Source of the DNA: Heptranchias perlo
Lineage: Eukaryota
Direction of reading: 5' to 3'
Assembly (NCBI RefSeq): GCF_035084215.1
Contig: NC_090350.1
Location: 37,386,001 to 37,450,000 of the forward strand
DNA length: 64,000 bases
Position numbers and translations under genes: made by a program. Position 1 is the stretch's first letter, and every line of letters starts with the position of its first letter. Below, one piece after another: positions 27,086 to 57,112 of this stretch. The notes beneath the pieces are model-generated. The model had not been told where the DNA came from, searched no databases, and saw only the letters and a program-made list of their open reading frames with translations.

Positions 27086-28273
27086 TAATTTAATGTGCAA
27101 TTTGTAACGCTGTGCAAGACGCGATGAGGTGTTTTCATACGTCTATACAGGCAATCACTGGCTCACCTACTGACTTTTTATTTCAGATTTCCACACTTGT
27201 GGTTTTCCTTTTCATTTCACCTACTGGTTTGTTCAGAAAAAAAATTGGGAAGATCACTAATGGATTGCCTTCTCCGAGGGAACAATCACTGGCTATGTTG
27301 GAGAACTTCTAATTGCCCTGTTATACATCTATCGCTTAGGATTTTATTGCTTCATATATGCTTCAGTGGATGACTAATAGACTACTTATTCAATGAAGTC
27401 ATCTGGCTGGTTGCCTTGGGTAATGGAAACTTTACCATACAAAGTGCAAAAGTAAATAAGATAATGAAAACCAGGTAATTTGGGCCATGCTTTTAAAAAC
27501 TTACCGTCATGTCGTCTTTTCAGTTCTTTCAAAACCAACAATTTTTCTGAACATGGAGAAAAAACAATGGGATTCTTAAATGGGGTCTTCTTTCAGTTGC
27601 CCTTCTCCTTTAAAAAGTCAAGTATAGGGATAGAATCAGTGGTGATCACCATCAATAAGCAAATCAAGATAGCAACAGGGTGGGAACATACAATAGGAGC
27701 TCCCAAGAACAGACAGCATTCATTTTATTTAAACAGACTACCTTAAAAATACTTTATTAGCAATGCAGAGAACAGTCAGATTAAAAAATTAATTTTGTAC
27801 TGTCAATTCCATCATGTTCCTGTTGCACACATTCGGAAGAAATGTGTTATTTGTAGAATGTTGCAGTGCAGAAACAGTCCGTTTAGCCAGTCACAACTGC
27901 ACTGGTGTTTTTCTGCTTGGGTCACCTGGTCTAATCCCACTTTCCTGTTTACTTTCCACACACTAATACTCCCCTTTTTCAAGCAACTACAGTCTATTCC
28001 TGTTAATTTGAAGTTGCTTACCTTAAATTACTTGATAACTCAAATTTAAATTGTACTTAAAAGGGCCACTGTGCCAGGTTAATGTAATTGCTTAATTTGA
28101 ATAAATGGATAACTTGGAATTTTTTGGGGATATAAAAATTCGAATCAATAGATTGTATCTAATTACCTTTTAAAAAGTTTTTAGGTACTCTGCTTCAACA
28201 GTGATTTGTGGCACAGAATTCTACATTCTAACCATGTTATGTACAAGGATTTCTCCCCCCCACCCCGAGAGGT

Positions 28274-28620
28274 ACGGTAGTGTAGTCGATATGTTACTGG
28301 CCCAGTAATCCAGAGATCGCGAGTTCAAATCCCACCATGGCAGTTTGAGAATTTGAATTCAGTTTATTAAAAAAAAAATCGGCCATGAAGTTGTTGGGAT
28401 CATAAAAACTCAACTGATTCACTAATGTCCTTCAGGGAAGGAAACCTGCCGTCCTTACCCGATCTAGCCTATTTGTGTCTCCAGTCCCACACCAATGTGG
28501 CCCAGCATGCCACTCAATTGTATCAATGCAGCGGTTCAAGGCGGCAGCCATCACCACTTTCTCAAGGTCAATCAGGGATGTGCAATAAATGCTGGCCTTG
28601 CCAGCGATGCAGAGATTGAA
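28274..28620 (+). mobile_element. Second tRNA-derived SINE family, nested in a degenerate CR1 fragment
   Basis: GGTAGTGTAGT...GAGTTCAAATCCCACCATGGCAG head; homologous to 54900-55225. Confidence 0.7.
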
Positions 28621-31249
28621 AATAAATTCTAATGTCTCCTTTAATTCTTTGCAAACTTAAATTTGTTATCATATTGCCATGAAGTGGAAACAATACATTA
28701 CCTCTAACCCTATAATAACCCTTCATAATCTTTAAGATTTCAAATCAGATCAACCCTTAATCTTCTTAGTGCTAGCAAACTTGTTTTGTTTTTCCACAAG
28801 TCTCTCTACACAACAGTAACCCCTCATCCCAGGTCACACCCTACTGAATATACACTGCACCTTTTCATTTGTTTTCCCAGAATTGTACACAATATTCCTA
28901 TTGCAGTCTTATCTATTTGTGCTCTTGATATTTAATGACATGTATCTGCAAAGGATCAGGCTTATCTATGATGCCTTGCACAGTCAGGCTTGACTAGGGT
29001 GCCTTCTAAAGTTGTCTATGATATCTGCCACAGCCAAGTCACCTGCTAATGCTCATCTATGAAGAACAACCAGTTGGGTGAGGTACCCAGACGGTGGTGA
29101 GTGCCTGTAGTATCATACAGAGCATGAACCAGAGCCTGAAGGGGAGGAGGAAAACAAAATGCTACATGGGGTCAATTTCAAGACTGCCATGCCATATTGG
29201 GGTAATAGGACTTCATTCTTACAATCTGAAGCACTGGATTAGTTTACTATCTTCTGGAAATTAATTATTCTCCATTTAATTGTCTGTAAACACTAACAAT
29301 TATTTGCTGCAAAGACCAGCTGATTTTGTAGACAGGAAGTTTTCAAAATGTGGTGACAAACTCATTTCAGATGTCAGCAAAAAAAAAATTGATCTATTTA
29401 AAATCCACGACAGTAGCTGAAGTTAAAACATTTAAAAGAATTGAGCGAAAGTCAGAGTCTCAATTAAGACTGTAAATACAATTCTGTAGTGATTTTTTCA
29501 TTCTTTGAAACATTATAAAACACTAGTCAGTGTCCTAATGGCGTTTCACATAGCGAGTCTTCAGGTGAGGCGCAGTTACAGGGTGGGGAATAATTGGACG
29601 AGGATGCGTAGACGTAATTCAGTCCACCTTTTTAAATTCATACATTGTCCTTTTTATTATAAAGGATAACGGAAACTGCCCGTGTAAACTTGTCACACTG
29701 TAATTATACCATTCTGCAAGTGGTGGTGCTGTAGCACCTTCATGGGGGGGGGGGGGGGGGGGAAAGAAAAGGAGGGTGTAGTTATAGCATTACAAGTTTA
29801 CATAGGCAGTTTGTATTATAAATGTGAATATTTGAATTTAGAATAAAAGATTTGCATTTTACATGGCACCTTTCAGGATCTTTGGATGTCCCAAAGCACT
29901 TTACAACCAACCAATGAAGTACTTTTGAAGTGTAGTCACTGTTGTAATGTAGGAAACGTAGCAGATCAATTTTGCAACACAAAAATCAATCGATCTGAAA
30001 TATATTTACACTTTGTCCAAAGAACCAGCAACAAATCTTTGATAATTCACTTATCCTAATCCTTCCTGTCTTGAACCAACTGAAACCATCACAAGCTCAC
30101 CACTTGGGTTGAATTGCTAGAATCCCTTTTCCTGCTTTTAGAATAATGAGCAAGCAGCTGTTTGTGGCTTGATTTCACAAGTGCTGTAATTCCAAAACTG
30201 TATAGACAATTGAAATAAATAACTGACCCAATTAGCAGCACAATATTCTGTTGTGACCATATACTGCATTTAAATTATGGGTCTTCCACATTCATGAAAT
30301 AAACTTGGCACGCTGTTTATAACACTGCATCCTGGATGTGATTGAGAGTTCAGTTATGAACAGAAAGCAATAGTTCAATCTGAACAGGTCACAATTTCAG
30401 TCAATGCCATTTAATTAGGAAAGTGATAGGCTGGTAATTTTGCTGAAGGGGTAGATTCTTCATGTTTATGCTCAGTCGGCTAGTTTTATTGTCCTGTCTG
30501 TGATAACGTTGCTGGTTTCTTTGTAATTTAAAATAAATTGTTTTCCAAGGTTCAATTCTCAACCTGTGCTGTGTTAGCTAATCGCAACTGAGGAAACAAC
30601 AGGGGTGCAACAACTGGATTCAATGCCCCTGGGAAGGAGAGTCAGGGTTCTCATTCCTAATCATTAGCTAATGACACTTGCTGGTAAGTGTGTACAACAA
30701 GGAAGACAGGAGTGGGCTCAGCTGTGGAACTGGAATCCAGCAAGAGTCAGGAAGTAGCAAGATTAGAGTAAAAGAGAATTTTAAAAACTGTGTGGTGCTT
30801 TTATGGAAATAGGGACTTGCAATTTACTGACGAGTTCAGAAACCAGGAATGTGATAATTAACTTTGAAAATAAAACATAACTGCAGTTACTTTCACCTAA
30901 TGGTCCACACAGCATGACACATTCTGAAATACATTTAGAAGTAAACTCAAAAGTACAGGAACACTCCACTGACTGAATGTGATGTTCTTTAAGACATGCA
31001 TTTACTTACTCATTAAAGAGCTGGCAATGATGCAATGTTCCATATTCAACTCAAAACAAAGGCAAATAAGTGCCTTTGCCTTGCAGTATATTTCCAAACC
31101 AACTCCTTTTTCACACAGACCTTAAGTCGACAAGCTGACCTCATCCCATTAGGAGATTAGGCCAAAACATGATGATGATGGTGCAGCAACATGGTTAACA
31201 AAAATGGCAGAGACTACGTAGACCAAATGGCCTGCTCTGGTGAAAGTCT

Positions 31250-31565
31250 GGTTCCGTGGTAGCACTCTTGCCCGGGTGAGGTGTTTGTGGGTTCAAGCCC
31301 CACTTCAGGACTCGAGCACATAATCTAACTTGACACTACAGTGCAGGACTGAGGGAGCACAGTGTTGTCAGAGGTGCTATCTTTTGCATGGGACATTACA
31401 CCAAGGCTTTGTCTGCCTGTTCAGCTGGATGTAAAAGATCCCATGGCATTATTCAAAGATGAGTTCTCCCGGTGTCCCGGCCAACATTCCTCCCTCAAAA
31501 TGCACCACCAAAAACTAACTGGTCATTCAGTTGCTGCTTGTGGGACCCTGCTTTGTGCAGTCTGG
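31250..31565 (+). mobile_element. Deu-domain SINE, 3'-truncated
   Basis: Same head and core as the other copies. Confidence 0.75.
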
Positions 31566-32629
31566 TAAGCAGACAAACAACCTTTAAAAGTGAGGCCATT
31601 TGCTAAAAGATCAATACCAATAATAATGTCAAATTTGAATAAAACTTAAACTGTACTAAGAGATAAAGGATATTTGAAAGCATTTAAAAACAGAACTAAC
31701 TTATCAGCAACATTTTTTAAGCCACACCTCAATAAATTCTCAAGCTAAGGCTGTCAGGGGTTTGGAGTAGGGGAATACCACAGTATTACATTTGAAAGAA
31801 TTTTTAAAAATACTGCAAATGAGTATCTCAAAGAAAAACTACAGTAACATTTTGAATAGCGGAAGTTCATCAGCCCAATAACCCAACTTACTGGCATTAT
31901 CAACTCACTGGTAACTAAGTTCCAATCTGCCACCCTTTGGCTGGGGGAACATTCACTTGGAACAGGCCTGCCATGCAGAATGATCTCATCTACTTTTCAC
32001 TTCCAATTTTTACAGACAGGTTGCCGGCCACTGACACCGGATTGACGTGAGTCTCAAACCCCATATCGTATCCATCACCAAGACAACTTACTACTGCACC
32101 ATCATCATCATCCTCCACCCTTACCTAGACCCCACCACCACTGAAACCCTCATCCCTGCTTTTGTCACCTCAGACCCAATTTCTTCAATGCCCTCACCAG
32201 CATTGAGCTCCACCCCATATAAACTCCAAATCCTCTATTAAGTCTCACTCGGCCATCACCTCTGTCCTTGGAGAATGCTATTGTGTCCTCATCACTAACA
32301 CACTGAATTCAAAATCCTTATCCCATTTACAAATCCCTCCATGGCCACACCCCACCTTAATTCTGCATCTTCCTCCTTCACAGATGGAGCACCAAAGAGC
32401 ATGAACTGTGGTCTTCTGTGCCTCCCCTTCCCCTCCAAGCCATCAGTAGCAGTAACTAAACTCGGCCTTACTCCCTATACCCCCTCCCTCTTGCTACTTC
32501 TCGCCCCTCTTGAAAGGCATCCTCGAAACCAGGTATACCCCACCCCACCCCCCAAAGCCCTTCGACCACTGCTTTTATTTCGCCCTCTATGAAGCCACCT
32601 TGGGTTGATTACACTATTAAAAAAGGATC

Positions 32630-33115
32630 TGTGTAAATGCGAGTCGCCGTTGGACATGTACTGCCAGCCTTGACGAACCAGCCACCGGTCTCTGAGACAC
32701 TGGGCAACAGGCACGTTAGCCGGCCCTGGGCAGGGAGCTGCAAAATACTGCGCAACAGCCCAACACTGCGCACGCGCGCTGTCGCCTACCCCTGCTGGCT
32801 CACTATTGAGCAGCTGAGAGGACTCAAAACACCTTCCAGCGGGTCCCACTGCGGCACGACGACGACAGCGGTCTGGGGAAACAGGTCACATTAATCACCG
32901 CATTCCCCGTCCTCCCCACCACCAACTCAGGCCAGCCTTTTATTGAGAACCCTTCCTACCGGAGGTTTTTTTTTTCCCTTCGGTCTCTCTTGTCCCAGGA
33001 AGCAGCTGCTGATGCTCGACCCAGTCACGGTCACGTGATACGCGCGTCACCAACGTGGCACCGCCCTCCCGTCGCGTGATGACGTCAACGAGCACCTGTC
33101 AATCAAAGCGTGGCT
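32630..33115 (-). promoter_or_regulatory. CpG-island promoter and probable non-coding exon 1 of STX12
   Basis: Local CpG enrichment; GTCACGTGAT E-box at 33030-33039, TGACGTCA (CRE) at 33080-33087, GC-box-like CCGCCC, candidate donor CCG|GTAGGA at 32960. The ATG exon has its own acceptor, so an upstream exon is required. Confidence 0.65.
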
Positions 33116-33117
33116 CC

Positions 33118-33358
33118 AGGGTGGCCAACTTTCCAGGGTTATCCTGGAATTGAAAATTAATCTCCTGGACGCTGCTGCGAACAACCCAGGAGAAAAATCA
33201 TAGACTTTTTTTTAAATATAAAATGTCCCTTTTTTCGGTTGAACTGCTTCATTTATTAGTTATCAAAATATTGGAGATGGGAAAAAGGCTGTTTGACTGG
33301 GTGGGGTGGTTGGAGGCAGGGAGTCATGTGATGAAACCTCCAGAGATCCGGGGAGGTT
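33118..33358 (+). mobile_element. Probable hAT-like non-autonomous element, right end truncated by the minisatellite
   Basis: Starts AGGGTGGCCAACTTTCC and ends ...CCGGGAGGTT, resembling a partial inverted terminus. Confidence 0.35.
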
Positions 33359-33360
33359 TA

Positions 33361-34582
33361 TTTTGTATCTCACCTGTGCTGTTCCTGCCCTGGGAGTGTT
33401 TGACGGGACAGCGTAGAGCGAGCTTTACTCTGTATCTAACCCGGGATTGTTTGACGGGACAGTGTTGAGCGAGCTTTACTCTGTATCTAACCTGGGAGTG
33501 TTTGACGGGACAGTGTCGAGCGAGCTTTACTCTGTATCTAACCCGGGAGTGTTTGACGGGACAGTGTCGAGCGAGCTTTACTCTGTATCTAACCCGGGAG
33601 TGTTTGACGGGACAGTGTAGAGCGAGCTTTACTCTGTATCTAACCCGGGAGTGTTTGACGGGACAGTGTCGAGCGAGCTTTACTCTGTATCTAACCCGGG
33701 AGTGTTTGACGGGACAGTGTAGAGCGAGCTTTACTCTGTATCTAACCCGGGAGTGTTTGACGGGACAGCGTAGAGCGAGCTTTACTCTGTATCTAACCTG
33801 GGAGTGTTTGACGGGACAGTGTAGAGCGAGCTTTACTCTGTATCTAACCCGGGAGTGTTTGACGGGACAGCGTAGAGCGAGCTTTACTCTGTATCTAACC
33901 CGGGAGTGTTTGACGGGACAGCGTAGAGCGAGCTTTACTCTGTATCTAACCCGGGAGTGTTTGACGGGACAGCGTAGAGCGAGCTTTACTCTGTATCTAA
34001 CCCGGGAGTGTTTGACGGGACAGCGTAGAGCGAGCTTTACTCTGTATCTAACCCGGGAGTGTTTGACGGGACAGCGTAGAGCGAGCTTTACTCTGTATCT
34101 AACCCGGGAGTGTTTGACGGGACAGCGTAGAGCGAGCTTTACTCTGTATCTAACCCGGGAGTGTTTGACGGGACGGGACAGCGTAGAGCGAGCTTTACTC
34201 TGTATCTAACCTGGGAGTGTTTGACGGGACAGTGTAGAGCGAGCTTTACTCTGTATCTAACCCGGGAGTGTTTGACGGGACAGCGTAGAGCGAGCTTTAC
34301 TCTGTATCTAACCCGGGAGTGTTTGACGGGACAGCGTAGAGCGAGCTTTACTCTGTATCTAACCCGGGAGTGTTTGACGGGACAGCGTAGAGCGAGCTTT
34401 ACTCTGTATCTAACCCGGGAGTGTTTGACGGGACAGCGTAGAGCGAGCTTTACTCTGTATCTAACCCGGGAGTGTTTGATGGGACAGTGTAGAGATAACT
34501 TTACTCTGTATCTAAGCTATGCTGTACCTACCCTGGGAGTGTTTGGTGGGACAGTGTAGAAGGAGCTTTACTGTGTATCTAT
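33361..34582 (+). repeat. Tandem minisatellite, 51-bp unit (GGGAGTGTTTGACGGGACAGYGTAGAGCGAGCTTTACTCTGTATCTAACCC), about 23 copies
   Basis: Near-identical head-to-tail units starting every 51 nt from 33392; one 5-bp slippage near 34170; terminal units are longer (about 66 bp). Confidence 0.97.
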
Positions 34583-35100
34583 CACACTTTAGGAAGGATG
34601 TGAAGGCCTTAGAGAGGGTGCATTAAAGATTTGCTAGAATGGCTCCAGGGATGAGGGACTTCAGTTATGTGGATAGACTGGAGAAGCTGGAGTTGTTCTC
34701 CTTAGAGCAGGGAAGGTTGAGAGGAGATTTGATAGAGGTGTTCAAAATCATGAGGGGTCTAGACAGAATAGATAGAGAGAAACTGTTCCAATTGGCGGAA
34801 GGGTCAAGAACCAAAGGACACAAATTTAAGGCGATTGGCTAAAGAACCAAAGGCGACATGAGGAAAAACTTTTTTACGCAGCGAGTGGTTATGATCTTGA
34901 ACGTACTGCCTGAAAGGGTGTTGGAGGCAGTTTCAATCGTGGCTTTCAAAAGGGAATTGGACAAGTACTTGAAGGGAAAAAAATTGCAGGGCTATGGGGA
35001 AATGGCAAGGGAGTGGGACTAGCTGGATTGCTCTTGCAGAGAGCCGGCATGGGCTCGACAGGCTGAATGGCCTCCTTCTGTGTTGTAACCATTCTATGAT
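34583..35100 (+). mobile_element. CR1 LINE 3' fragment
   Basis: [36 protein letters not shown] plus tail; same subfamily as the copies at 11000 and 13915. Confidence 0.9.
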
Positions 35101-36614
35101 TGTAGATAAATATAGTGTTATGCACGAGTAGGGCTGCTACCATGCAATGCAAGCTTAAGGCTGTTGAGCAGGAGAAAGCCCAAGGTATCGTAGTGCACGA
35201 ATCTCTCAAGGAAACACCGGGCACGTCGGCACCACAAAGTGGTAATTGTTAACGGTAGTGCCATGAGGATGTAGCAAAAGCGAGTACTGGGATGTACTAC
35301 CAGGATCATCAAATACAAAACAAAAACACTGTATTGTCCTTGTATGATATTGATTAGATCTCATCTAGAAGAGTGTGTCCACTTTTGGTCCCTTCACATG
35401 TTGGATGACGTAGAGGCCCTGGAAATGGTTCAGAGGAGGGCCACTAGATTGATACCTTAGTTACCATGATAGGCTTAGAGAGCTGGAGCTATTTAAGCTA
35501 GAGAAGTGTAAACTGAGAACAGATTTGGTCACCTTCAGGGGTTGGAGAGGAATTTCCCAGATTTCCCTCCCCCCTAAATTGGCTTGGGGTCATTTACACC
35601 TCTCCCAGGAGACTGTGTGGCTGGCTGGTAGGAGAGCAGAGGTGAGGGGGGGGTTGGTGTTGGAGGGGAGCGATAGGGGTCATGGTGTTAAAGTTGCATC
35701 ACAACAATGTGGGACAGGTTCGATGGACTGGCTGTTCTTTTCCTGAACAGGTTTTCATATCTTCATATTTGAGTAGGGCTTGCACTGCAGCAAGTATAGC
35801 CGCTGCATTGAATTTTACTGGTTGCTCTGCCTTCATAAATTCCTTTCTCTCACGAAAACAGAGAACAGGAGACATAGTGTTGCAGTGTGTTACATCACTG
35901 CTCTTTTAACTGCTGAAGCTAGCACAGGCTGATTGGAACAACTCTTCCTTTTTCTGGCAGGTGAAGGGAAAGTAGTCCTAATATAACAGTCTAAAGCCTT
36001 GTTTGCCTTCCCTACAGTCGCTTCATAGTCATGAGGAAGAGATTAGGGGGATACAGGGGCAGGGTTTGAAGAGGTAATTAGAATGGGAGGAGGTTCGTGT
36101 GGAGAACAAACATGCTTAGATCAGTTGGGCTGAAAGGTCTGTCTGTTTCTGAGCTGTTGATTCTATGTGATTCGATGTAACCTCATACTGCGTATGCGTC
36201 TTTAACGTGAGATCATCTACTTGCCCCAAGCCTCTTTCTTGACCTGTTACCGTTAGCAGCTGCATCCTCGTGGTACTGACTGAGCTGGTGTTTCCTAACA
36301 CAAATGTATGGCAATGCATTTGTCCACATTAAAAGGCATCTGCCACACATGGGCTCATTCACCTAACTTATCAACCTGTAACCTACTGATTTGTTCTGAA
36401 TTACTGAACCCCAGTACATATATTTGTGTCATTAACAAATTTAAAGATGATTCAGTTTAAGCCCTCTCTACGCATTAATGAAAACAATGAATATTAACAT
36501 AGTTCTACAGAACTCCGCCCATAACTTGTGCTAAATCATTTTTGACCCTCCAATCAGACATACTCTCTTGCCCAACACTCAGTGCAAATAAAGCTCAAAA
36601 TGTACATAACTTCC

Positions 36615-36660
36615 ATTAAAAAAATCAGAAATGATAAAAGAAAATCGCCTTTATTTTATT
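36615..36660 (-). terminator. Probable distal polyadenylation signal of TRNAU1AP
   Basis: Two overlapping AATAAA hexamers on minus at 36650-36660 followed by a U-rich tract; a proximal AATAAA lies at 37938-37943. Confidence 0.5.
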
Positions 36661-38088
36661 TTACAAAATAAATTTGTTTTTACAGGCTCATGGGTATCAT
36701 AAAATCAGAAATTCAATAAAAGTACAACTGGAAAAATTAAAACGTCAACATTTGCAAGCAGGACTTAATGACTTTTAAATAAGTGCCTGACGACTTTACT
36801 TTTAACAAATAATTTCACATTACATTGTACCCCTTCATTAAGTTACAGATCTGGAGCCTCACTGCATACTTCGTAACTCAGTAGTATTCATAAGTGAGAG
36901 TACAACCGCGGCATCAATACTACGCTGGAGAAAGAACACCTGGAAGAATTTGGAAAATAGAGTGAGAGATACAGAAGCAGAATTAGTGGCATTTTTTTTC
37001 CTCATAAATCTCTCGTGCCCTATTCATCAAACTTTTTTATAACTTTAGCTAGGGCGAATTGTACCTTCTTTTCCAACAAAGATGCAGTCTGCTGTATGCG
37101 TTCTGAAAGTCAGAAGCAAACCAGACCTTCCTTTTCCAAGTTTGTAAGCTTACAAGCTTGGCTGGGAGGTGGATGACGAGGAGGAGTAACTATATCAATA
37201 TATTACACTCACTATAATCATAACTTCCATTTTGTCCTCTATTTTGATAATCCTAAAACCACAACAAAACGCAAAAATTGTTAAGAGGTCAGAAATGGAA
37301 GCATCATAGTAAAACCTTTTTAGCTGGCCTAGAGTTAGATTTTGACAAAAAACAGAGGATTACGGGCACTCAGCAATATCAAAATTCTTGACATATTTAT
37401 ATGTACATATACACACACACACAAAATGTAGTGAATAAACCAGTACTGTATCAGGCTGTAAAAACAGAACAGTCATAAAATCGACAAACTTGCATTGACA
37501 AATGTCACATTTTTCACAAAAAAATGAATCCAGATCTCCGTGTAAGGAACCTCTGTGTTTGTGTCAGTGGGTATTTGAACTGCATAGTCCTAAAACTCCA
37601 AATTGCATAAAAGTAATAATAGATGCAAAGAAATGAGTTATAAGGCACTTACCAGTGTCGAGGTTCACAGGATATTTATGAACCTCTGTTGGGGTTTAAG
37701 ATGTCATCTGAACCCCTCGTTTGTGAGACTACCACGTAGTTTGCTCCTCTGGCTCACTTACTGCTGTATACAATTATATTTTAAAACATTCCTGAACCGT
37801 GAATGAATTATTTGGACAGCCCTAACTCTAACATTTTGGGAATAAGTTCCATTTTTTTTTAAAAAAGGAAGAACATTTCTTGTGAAATCATCGTTTGCTT
37901 CAAACTTTGCATAAAACGAGAACAAGAGGATGCAGCATTTATTAAATCTGTTTTGTCACAGTAAGAACCATATTAAACAAGAATTGTGCCTTAACCAGAA
38001 AATCTTGAGAGCGAAGGGATAAAAAAAAACCCACGATGGTGCTGATCTTCTGGATGCGTTATGGCTTTGCAGTAGCAATATTAATCTG

Positions 38089-55989
<17,901 letters not shown>

Positions 55990-56769
55990 CTTCCTCCCCC
56001 GTGTGCTTTTTATTTTCTCTAAATTTATTCCCGAGAGTGTGAAATAAAAACAATAAAAACACACACACACACGCCTCCGTGTGTCTGTCTCTCTCTCTCT
56101 CCCCCACCCCCCCCCCAACCACCACCTTCACTTAACTGGCCTTCCGCCTGAGCAGTAAACAGAGGCGGTGCCTGCCTGCCTGCCCACCCCGCCCTTCCTC
56201 CAACACCCCTCCCCAATCCTCGCCCCAACCTCCCTCCCACAGCGCCACCCGCAGCAGCGGAGGAGGAGGAGGAGAGGGAGAGGAGGAGGATTATTTCCAC
56301 TTAATGTATCTAAAGCAAAAATTACTGCCTGGCTGCTGGAAATCTGTAATTTTTTTTTTAAAAAAAAAACAACAGCAAGCCAGGTTTCGTCTGTGGAGAA
56401 AGAAACAGGGTTAACGTTTCTGGTCCAACTGAAAAAAGTTTTTTTTTTAAAGCAAGTACAGAGCTAAGGGAAAGGGGAAGGGGAGGAGAGAACAAAAGGG
56501 AAGGTCTGTGATAGGGGGCACAAGTGATTGATAAAAGGGATGATGGCGCAAGGCGGTAATGGGACAGGCTAAGAAACAAAAGATTGATCAGGAGTAGCTG
56601 TAAATGGCAGCACCCGCTGAGCGAAAAAAAAAAATGGGAGCAGTGCTTATGATCTGAAGTTATTGAAAATCAATGTTGAGTCCAGAAGGTTGTGAAGTGC
56701 CTAAACGAAAGATGAGGTGCTGTTCCTCAACACTGTTTCACCGCCGACTAAAACAAAACTTGCCAGTAA

Positions 56770-57112
56770 AGACTTGCATTTATATAGCAGTTTTCATGGC
56801 CACAGGGCATCCCAAAGCCTTTACAACCAACAAAGTATTTCTGAAGTGTAGTCACTGTTGTAATGTAGGAAACGCGGCAGCCAATTTGCACATAGCAAGC
56901 TCCCACAAAACAGCAATTTGATAATGACCAGATAATTTGTTTTGGTGATGTTGGTTGAGGGATAAATATTGACCAGGACACTCCGCTGCTCTTCTTGAGG
57001 GCAAACACGGCCTCAGTTTAACAGCTCATCCGAAAGACAGCACCTCCAACAATGCAGCACTCCCTCAGTACTGCACTGGAGTGTCAGCCTAGATTTTGTG
57101 CTCAAGTCTCTG
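56770..57112 (-). mobile_element. Deu-domain SINE flanked by fragments of another repeat (56330-56730, 57113-57225)
   Basis: SINE tail and core on minus; both flanks share GAGAAACA.GGGTTAAC.TTTC.GGTCCA. Confidence 0.75.

Noticed and set aside
33392-34582. CRISPR-like regular array and the 235-aa and 132-aa repetitive ORFs
   Set aside because: Units are head-to-tail with no unique spacers and there are no cas genes; the ORFs are a by-product of a stop-free 51-bp (17-codon) unit.
36660-38088. SECIS element or structured RNA in the TRNAU1AP 3'UTR (short GAGGTTCA/TGAACCTC stem near 37660-37686)
   Set aside because: The CDS has no in-frame UGA, no SECIS core could be identified by eye, and an 8-bp stem is expected by chance.
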